Below the pieces are notes generated by a model. That model was not told where the DNA came from and did not search any database. It saw only the letters and a list, made by a program, of their open reading frames with translations. Shown here piece by piece: positions 1-6,000 of a DNA stretch of 6,000 nt (within the stretch, counting starts at the first letter, position 1; each line of letters starts with the position of its first letter). Source of the stretch: Octopus sinensis (lineage: Eukaryota); contig NW_021829567.1 of assembly GCF_006345805.1 (NCBI RefSeq), positions 1 to 6,000 on the forward strand. The letters run 5' to 3'. The translations under genes were made by a program, and so were the position numbers.

Positions 1-124
1 TGTATGTTTGTATGCATGCGTATAACTTTTAAGATATTCAAAGATATTTTGAGATGTTCACTTTGCTATATTTGTTCTACATCGAGTTACTGAGACTCCC
101 CCGTTATCATTCTCTCTCTGGCAG

Positions 125-163
125 AAGAAAGCAGTGAACTGGTGAAAGGCGCTTTGGAAATTT
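125..163 (+). CDS. Candidate 39-nt internal coding exon (phase 1-1), peptide x-E-S-S-E-L-V-K-G-A-L-E-I; protein not recognised
   Basis: The pyrimidine tract TTATCATTCTCTCTCTGGCAG ends at AG 123-124, and a consensus donor GTAAGT lies at 164-169. Length is a multiple of 3. Only one of the three frames is stop-free (xAA GAA AGC AGT GAA CTG GTG AAA GGC GCT TTG GAA ATT T). The exon is more GC-rich than its flanks. Confidence 0.6.
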
Positions 164-753
164 GTAAGTAATAAAAGTAATGTTTAACAAATATGATATA
201 AAATAATAATAATTAAATAAATAAAGAAATAGTTCAAGAACAGAAAAATTAACATTGAATCCACAGATTCATTGCTATTGGAGAATAGATTTCCGAGATT
301 TGAGAAACGCGAAAAAAAAAAAAAAAGGATAAGATAAGAAAAAGATAAAGAAGAAAAGGAAATATTTTATTCACATAGGAAACAATTATTGGACGGGTGG
401 CGAGTGAATAAATTCAAACTACAAAGAAATGACCACAACCCCTCGAGACAAAAGAAAGAAGAAACAATGCCGTTTAGATATTCCGCGAAACGCATAAGGA
501 AGAAAAAAAACAACAACAAAAAAAAAAAAACTAAAGAAAGAAAATGAAAGACGGAGCGCGAGAAGAATGAAGAAAGACAAAAGTTCTTTGAAGAAGAGGC
601 ATTGAGAAGCGACTGAAGGAAACCTTCCAACACTCTCAGACACCGGTAGCAGAAAAATACATTTGAAAGACAATATTTCTCTATAAAAGATAATTAATTT
701 TTTCTGTGGAAATAGCAATTACCAGGTTTTTATTGACACTTGTCTTCCTACAG

Positions 754-764
754 ATTCTGTGTAG
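754..764 (+). CDS. Candidate coding part of a terminal exon (Y-S-V-stop), followed by a putative 3' UTR
   Basis: Branch-point-like TTGAC (A736), pyrimidine tract CTTGTCTTCCTA and CAG at 751-753. Joining 163 to 754 gives T|AT TCT GTG TAG. I saw no strong donor nearby downstream. AATAAA occurs at 792, 1155 and 1196, but this is weak evidence in AT-rich DNA. Confidence 0.4.
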
Positions 765-774
765 TGCCTTCAGC

Positions 775-804
775 AATAATATAATAATAATAATAAATAT
801 AGTA

Positions 805-872
<68 letters not shown>

Positions 873-894
873 TATTATTATTATTATTATTATT
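775..894. repeat. (AAT)n microsatellite switching to (ATT)n
   Basis: Read directly from the sequence; it explains the poly-Ile ORFs 706..900 and 681..914. Confidence 0.97.
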
Positions 895-1410
895 TTATGA
901 ACACGATTTCGCACGTGTGAAATTTGCTAATCATACTAGAAGGTATGTCGAATGCAAATAATTTGTAATCTGTGTACCTGAGAATAACAAACTAACAATA
1001 TGTATGAAAGGTAGATCAAGATGTATTAGTAAATTGTTTTAAGTAATTACAGTAAACTACCCCTTCCCGGGGGGAAGAACTCATTGAAACACATATATAT
1101 CCATCTGTGATTATCATTAGTATTCTGAACATAGGAATGAGAGAAAGAGTAAGAAATAAAAATATAACAGATTAAAAAACAAGTTCTATTAAACTAATAA
1201 AATACGGGTACTACAAATGGAGGCAACGATCCATTTTATACACATAAAAAACATTTTTTTAAATGAGAATTATTAATTAACGCAAATTACCTTGATCTAC
1301 CGTATTTGATGGGCTATATAAGACGCACGGGTGCATAGGACGCGCCTTAGCCTAGGTTATTCTTTTGTAAAATAAATTACCTCTAAAATAATGTTTTAAT
1401 TCCTCCACTT

Positions 1411-1778
1411 ACCTATTTCTTTACTACCCACAAGGGGCTAAACACAGAGAGGACAAACAAGGACAGACAAACGGATTAAGTCGATTATATCGACCCCAGT
1501 GCGTAACTGGTACTTATTTAATCGACCCCGAAAGGATGAAAGGCAAAGTCGACCTCGGCGGAATTTGAACTTGGAACGTAACGGCAGACGAAATACCTAT
1601 TTCTTTACTACCCACAAGGGGCTAAACATAGAGGAGACAAACAAGGAGAGACAAACAGATTAAGTCGATTATATCGACCCCAGTGCGTAACTGGTACTTA
1701 TTTAATCGACACCGAAAGGATGAAAGGCAAAGTCGAATTCGGCGGAATTTGAACTCAGAACGTAACGGCAGACGAAAT
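1411..1778 (-). mobile_element. Head-to-tail dimer (2 x 184 bp) of a 5'-truncated tRNA-derived SINE (type C here)
   Basis: Units 1411-1594 and 1595-1778 differ at 10/184 positions. The minus strand carries a B-box-like GAGTTCAAATTCC followed by GCCTTTCATCCTTTCGGGGTCGATTAAATAAGTACCAG, a central block I recall from Meta-type SINE domains (family assignment unverified). A diverged copy with the full head lies at 4863-4996. Confidence 0.85.
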
Positions 1779-1793
1779 AGCTACGCAACGCCT

Positions 1794-1832
1794 AGTTTTG
1801 AGCCTACATTGAGTTTTGAGCCTACATTGAGT
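1794..1832. repeat. 18-bp tandem duplication AGTTTTGAGCCTACATTG (2.2 copies)
   Basis: Exact copies at 1794-1811 and 1812-1829, followed by AGT. Confidence 0.95.
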
Positions 1833-1991
1833 GCATTGGACGCAGTGGTGGAGGGGTTTAAGCCATTTTTGGGTAAAAAAAAAAAAAGTGCAACTTATAG
1901 GCCATCAAATATGGTAATTCTTTCTGTTATGGGCACACGGTCTGAAATTTGGGGCGATTATCCTAATCGATTGCATCAATTCCAGTACATA

Positions 1992-2207
1992 TCTTTTCTT
2001 TTTATCTTTTACTTGTTTCACTCAGTTGGCTGCGACCATGATGGGGCACCGCCTTGAAGGATTATCAGTCGAGCAAATCGACCGCAGGACTTTATTACTT
2101 TTTGTCTTAAGCCGAGTACTTATTCTATCGGTCTGTTTTGCCGAGCCGCTAAGGTATGGGGACGTAAACACACCAACACCAGTTGTCAAGCGGTGGTGGG
2201 GGACAAA
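1992..2207 (-). mobile_element. Diverged 3' half of SINE type A (copy A1)
   Basis: Its reverse complement aligns collinearly with 4487-4680 and 3003-3196 (e.g. TTTTACTTGTTTCA, AGTACTTATTCTATCGGTCT, GGGGAC-TAAACACACCA, GTTGTCAAGC). Confidence 0.9.
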
Positions 2208-2217
2208 TATGTGGTGA

Positions 2218-2270
2218 GTGTGTGTGTGTGTGTGTGAATGTATATGTATGTATGTATGTATATATGCATA
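2218..2270. repeat. (TG)n/(TATG)n microsatellite
   Basis: Read directly from the sequence. Confidence 0.9.
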
Positions 2271-2271
2271 T

Positions 2272-2460
2272 GTTGGACCGTTAGCTCCTACACGCATTTT
2301 TTTCTCTCCTTCTTTCTTTTCTGTGTATCTTTCTGTTGAAGAGCGTAGGCTCGAAACGTAAAATACTTGTTTTATTTCTATTCCGAGCGCCATACTAATA
2401 CAATGTTTGTTTGTACTACTCCACTGCCTTCGTCTTGTTTATTTTCGTAAACCTTCCTGT
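2272..2460 (+). mobile_element. Probable Penelope-like element (PLE) pseudo-LTR fragment
   Basis: Contains CTGTTGAAGAGCGTAGGCTCGAAACGT, matching the CTGANGAAG...CGAAACGT signature of PLE pLTRs. This is followed by AATACA (2397-2402), a GT-rich stretch (2404-2414) and a pyrimidine-rich tail running into (TA)n. No RT or GIY-YIG coding sequence is seen, and the boundaries are approximate. Confidence 0.6.
2325..2366 (+). ncRNA. Minimal type I hammerhead ribozyme-like motif (variant core; activity uncertain)
   Basis: CUGUUGA at 2333-2339, extra A2340, helix II GAGC-GUAG-GCUC at 2341-2352, GAAA at 2353-2356, palindromic ACGU helix III at 2356-2359, putative cleavage after A2360, and a short helix I (UUU 2330-2332 with AAA 2361-2363). 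Confidence 0.55.
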
Positions 2461-2467
2461 TATATAT

Positions 2468-2519
<52 letters not shown>

Positions 2520-2527
2520 TAATATAT

Positions 2528-2585
<58 letters not shown>

Positions 2586-2621
2586 CATATATGCATACAC
2601 ACACACACACACACACATATG
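2460..2621. repeat. Compound (TA)n-(CA)n-(TA)n-(CA)n microsatellite
   Basis: Read directly from the sequence; it explains the I/Y, C/V and H/T repeat ORFs. Confidence 0.97.
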
Positions 2622-2624
2622 TAA

Positions 2625-2877
2625 GACGCTTGGATCAGTGGTTAAGGTATTACACTCACGATTGCGAGATAGTGGGTTAAGGTGTTGCGTTGTGTTCTTG
2701 AGCAAAGCACATCATTTCACGTTGCTCTGCGATCACTTCGTTATCCGCTATGTGGCACCCGTTACACCTGTACAGGTAATGTCGATTTGATGGGGGGGGG
2801 TGAGCTTATGTCTGTGTGGTTGTTCGATAAGAAATAATCGAACCCTCATACGTCGTCTAACGACGAGAGAGTCCATC
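2625..2877 (+). mobile_element. Degenerate tRNA-derived SINE (type B here) lacking a B box
   Basis: A-box-like TGGATCAGTGG at 2631-2641, a tRNA-like start, and the SINE body motif GTTGTGTTCTTGAGCAAAGCAC at 2689-2710. There is no GTTCRA B box at the expected position. Two stem-loops lie near the 3' end. Confidence 0.65.
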
Positions 2878-3196
2878 ATAGCCTCGGGCCGACCAAAGCC
2901 TTGTGAGTGGATTTGGTAGACGGAAACTGAAAGAAGCCCGTCGTATATATGTATATATATATATATATATATGTATTCGTGTGTATGTTTGTGTGTATGT
3001 GTTTGTCTCCCTAGCATTGCTTGACAACCGATGCTGGTGTGTTTATGTCCCCGTCACTTAGCGGTTCGGCAAAAGAGACCGATAGAACAAGTACTGGGCT
3101 TACAAAGAATAAGTCCCGGGGTCGAGTTGCTCGATTAAAGGCGGTGCTCCAGCATGGCCGCAGTCAAATGACTGAAACAAGTAAAAGAGTAAGAGT
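2878..3196 (+). mobile_element. 5'-truncated SINE type A (copy A2) with internal TA/TG microsatellite
   Basis: Near-identical to 4365-4680 from ATAGCCTCGGGCC through TGACTGAAACAAGTAAAAGAGTAA. Confidence 0.93.
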
Positions 3197-3239
3197 ATAT
3201 ATATATATATATATAATATATATATATATATAATATATG
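3196..3239. repeat. (TA)n microsatellite
   Basis: Read directly from the sequence. Confidence 0.95.
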
Positions 3240-3666
3240 TAAAAGTAAAAAATACAAACTGGGACAAGAACGTGAAACATTTAGAAGACGACACAAAAAA
3301 CACAGACGGGACATTCGAAGTCTTCAATTTCATCAGTAGAACCGGATCATCTTCGCAATTTCGGCTGATTAATCTTGAGATTGCTCCGACCTGGCCAGCC
3401 CCAAAGGAAAATCTAAGCCAAGCGCATTAGATTCCTTGGAAGAAAGCCTCGAATGTACAAAACAAGGACAGAAAACGACGATGTGAAACGAATAAGAATA
3501 CAAAAATACGTAAAAACAATAATGATAAAATACATCAAAAACAGGACGTCGCAGACAAGCGTCTTTTCGACAGACGAGTAAATTTTTGAGCTGGCGTTAA
3601 AGAGAGCCTTAAGGCTACAGAGAGACAAACAAGTGTGTCTTGCCACAACGGCTGCTGGACGCGAAT
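3240..3666. mobile_element. Unclassified interspersed-repeat fragment bounded by (TA)n on both sides
   Basis: A CpG-richer island between two TA tracts. The segment GACGGGACATTCGAAG...TTTCGGCTGATTAATCTTGAGATTGCTCCG...ATTAGATTCCTTGGAAGAAAGC looks familiar to me as an octopus repeat, which is recollection only. There is no second copy in the window and no credible ORF. Confidence 0.4.
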
Positions 3667-4066
<400 letters not shown>

Positions 4067-4172
4067 TTTACATATATTATATATTGTGAAATTTGATTTA
4101 GAATTGCTAAATTGAATTTTTCCCTGTAAGTTTGGAATTATATTCCCTACTATTATTATTAATAATAAAATT

Positions 4173-4173
<1 letters not shown>

Positions 4174-4232
<59 letters not shown>

Positions 4233-4266
4233 ATATCAAAGTATCAAAGTATATATATATATATAT
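4174..4266. repeat. (CT)17-(AT)n compound microsatellite with an 8-bp duplication TATCAAAG x2 (4234-4249)
   Basis: Read directly from the sequence. Confidence 0.95.
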
Positions 4267-4680
4267 AGACGCAGGAGTGGCTGTGTGGTAAGTAGCTTGC
4301 TTACCAACCACATGGTTTCGGGTTCAGTCCCACTGCGTGGCACCTTGGTCAAGTGTCTTCTACTATAGCCTCGGGCCAACCAAAGCCTTGTGAGTAGATT
4401 TGGTAGACGGAAGCTGAAAGAAGCCCGTCGTATATATGTATATATATATATATATATATATGCGTGTGTGTGTTTGTGTGTCTGTGTTTGTCCCCCTAGC
4501 ATTGCTTGACAACCGATGCTGGTGTGTTTATGTCCCCGTTACTTAGCGGTTCGGCAAAAGAGACCGATAGAATAAGTACTGGGCTTACATAAGTCCCGGG
4601 GTCGAGTTGCTCGATTAAAGGCGGTGCTCCAGCATGGCCGCAGTCAAATGACTGAAACAAGTAAAAGAGTAAAAGAGAGT
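4267..4680 (+). mobile_element. Apparently full-length tRNA-derived SINE type A (copy A3)
   Basis: A-box TGGCTGTGTGG at 4278-4288, B-box-like GGTTCAGTCC at 4321-4330, then CACCTTGGTCAAGTGTCTT (similar to the start of CORE-type domains), an internal (TA)/(TG) microsatellite and an AAAAGAGT-type tail. Three other partial copies occur in the window. Confidence 0.93.
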
Positions 4681-4703
4681 AATATATATATATACACACA
4701 ATA

Positions 4704-4862
4704 AGCTTCTTTCATTTTCCGTCTACCAAATTCACTCACAAGGCTTTGGTCGACCTGAGGCTACATTAGAAAACATTTGCGCAAGGTACCACGCAGTGGG
4801 ACTGAACCCGGAACTGCGTGGTTGGGAAGCAAACTTCTCGCCACACAGCCACGTCCGTGCCT
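4704..4862 (-). mobile_element. Diverged 5' half of SINE type A (copy A4)
   Basis: Reverse complement of the A3 head: CCGTCTACCAAATTCACTCACAAGGCTTTGGTCG, CCACGCAGTGGGACTGAACCCG and CCACACAGCCAC. Confidence 0.9.
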
Positions 4863-4996
4863 AAACTTGTTTTATTGACTCGAAAAGGGATGGAAGACAG
4901 TCAATCTCGGTGGATTTTGAACTGAGAACGTAAATCGTCATGAAATGCTGTTATCATTTTGTGCGACGCACTAGCGATCCTGCCAGCTTATTGCCT
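4863..4996 (-). mobile_element. Diverged SINE type C copy retaining the tRNA-like head
   Basis: Homologous to the 184-bp unit (GAAAAGGGATGGAAGAC, CTCGGTGGATTTTGAACTGAGAACGTAA). Minus-strand B-box-like AGTTCAAAATCC at 4912-4923 and A-box-like TGGCAGGATCGCTAG at 4971-4985. Confidence 0.75.
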
Positions 4997-5388
4997 TTCT
5001 CTTGAATTTAATTAACAACACATTTTCTTTTCTTTCTTATCTTCTCTTTTTTTTTTATTCTGTAAGCCGGTTGCTTGAGAGTTCCGGTTATTTGAGTACC
5101 GGATAAGAAGGAGTTTACTTGTATTAGAAGAATAATTTGATAGAAGCTACTGGTGTCCTTTATTCCAACTTGATTTTTATATGGTTGTAACCATTTCTTA
5201 AAAAAGAAAAAAAATTAGAAAAGGAAAACGAACGTCGGCTAATTTTCTTAATTAGCCGACCTTTGACATTTTGATCATGTTAACAAACGTCGTTTAAACT
5301 GGAGGTTTAACAAACTATACTGTTCAGAAGTAAAGGGTCACACGAGAATTTGATATCAGGGTCCTGTGAGAGACTAAGAGGAACTCAG

Positions 5389-5433
5389 GGAGAAAGACAG
5401 CGAGAGAAAGAGAGAGAGAGAGAGGATGAGAGC

Positions 5434-5475
<42 letters not shown>

Positions 5476-5682
5476 AAGAGAGAGAGAGAGAAAGTTAGAG
5501 TAAGAGAAGGAGTGGGAAAGAGAGATGGAGAAAGAGAGTAAGAGAGGGAGTGGGAAAGGGAGAGAGAAAGAGAGTAAGAGAGGGAGAGGGAAAAGAGAGA
5601 GAGAGAGTAAGAGAGGGAGTGGAAAAAGAGAGAGAGAAGAGTTGTGATTTTTTAGGGTTCTGTGGAAAACTGAGAGCTAGAA

Positions 5683-5751
<69 letters not shown>

Positions 5752-5761
5752 AAGTTAGAGT
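5389..5761. repeat. Polypurine (GA)-rich tract containing a 33-38-bp minisatellite
   Basis: The anchor GAGTAAGAGA recurs with GT at 5500, 5538, 5574 and 5607. The tract explains the E/R-rich ORFs. Confidence 0.95.
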
Positions 5762-5861
5762 GAAAGCCAATGGTGTTACAAATGTTTTGGCTTAAAAGGA
5801 ATCAAAATGCCTGATTTTTATCTGTGAAAGAGTAATGTCTGGCCACAACACGAGGTTGTGG

Positions 5862-6000
5862 TGGCACATGGCCAAGTGGTTAGAGCAGCGGACTCGCGGT
5901 CGAGGGATCGCGGGTTCGAATCTAGACCGGGCGATGTGTGTGTTTATGAACGAAACCACCTAAGCTCCTCGCGGCTCCGGCAGAAGGTAATGGCGAACTT
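5862..6000 (+). mobile_element. tRNA-derived SINE (type D here), 5' part running off the window
   Basis: A-box TGGCCAAGTGG at 5869-5879 and B-box GGTTCGAATC at 5913-5922. The anticodon and acceptor stems do not close, and non-tRNA body sequence follows. Confidence 0.85.

Larger units (their letters stand above)
1300..1914. mobile_element. Non-autonomous DNA transposon (MITE) of Tc1/mariner Tc2/pogo type, interrupted by a SINE dimer
   Basis: Left TIR CCGTATTTGATGGGCTATATAAGACGCAC (1300-1328) versus the reverse complement of 1888-1914, CCATATTTGATGGCCTATAAGTTGCAC: 23/27 aligned matches plus a 2-nt indel. TA lies on both sides (1298-1299, 1915-1916). TA-CCGTA termini are typical of Tc2/pogo-like elements. 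Confidence 0.85.

Noticed and set aside
367-718. Minus-strand F/L/S-rich ORFs (88 and 99 aa)
   Set aside because: These are by-products of an A-rich low-complexity stretch with poly-A runs at 312-326 and 518-530; no recognisable domain.
706-900. ORF resembling a signal peptide followed by poly-Ile
   Set aside because: It starts at GTG, not ATG, overlaps a branch point, pyrimidine tract and acceptor, and its length comes from the (AAT)n repeat.
1407-1414. Perfect minus-strand donor AG/GTAAGT at the MITE-SINE junction
   Set aside because: I found no supporting minus-strand acceptor or exon; an 8-mer match is expected by chance at this scale.
1411-1778. 184-bp tandem unit as a retrozyme or CRISPR-like array
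   Set aside because: There is no CUGANGA box on either strand, no unique spacers and only two units, and the context is eukaryotic.
1683-2057. 124-aa ORF, the longest ORF not driven by a microsatellite
   Set aside because: It is stitched across a SINE, the MITE end and another SINE, so it is not a coherent gene.
3310-3336. Second hammerhead-like string on the minus strand (CTGATGA-AATTGAAGACTTC-GAATGTC)
   Set aside because: The CUGAUGA box is perfect, but it has GAAU instead of GAAA, helix II does not close next to the core, and I could not build helix I. At best it is a decayed relic; the family consensus would settle it.
5020-5150. Long pyrimidine tract ending in TAAG as a possible acceptor and exon
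   Set aside because: The AG context is weak, there is no good donor downstream, and no convincing reading frame.
5234-5280. Hairpin as a Helitron 3' end
   Set aside because: There is no CTRR terminus shortly downstream of the stem.
5350-5795. E/R-rich and L/S/F-rich ORFs
   Set aside because: They are translations of the GA-rich tract.
5862-5935. Possible genuine tRNA gene
   Set aside because: The anticodon and acceptor stems do not pair, no oligo-T terminator follows, and it continues into SINE body sequence.

Overview
AT-rich, repeat-dense animal DNA. I recognise the repeat families from memory as octopus/coleoid cephalopod type; this is not verified by any search. None of the supplied ORFs is credible, as nearly all are translations of microsatellites or SINEs. 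The only coding signal is a candidate gene 3' end on the + strand: a 39-nt exon at 125-163 (CAG...GTAAGT, one open frame, xESSELVKGALEI) that splices in frame to a strong acceptor at 753, giving a ...EIYSV* terminus. The rest is a mosaic of four tRNA-derived SINE types, a TA-flanked Tc2/pogo-type MITE with a nested 184-bp SINE dimer, a Penelope-like pLTR fragment, a 247-bp foldback, and many TA/CA/AAT/GA microsatellites. The most interesting signals are (1) a minimal type I hammerhead-ribozyme motif with a non-canonical core (CUGUUGA) at 2325-2366, (2) the foldback at 3820-4066, whose transition mismatches are 6:1 G-U-compatible on the + strand, and (3) closely spaced inverted SINE pairs that could form dsRNA.
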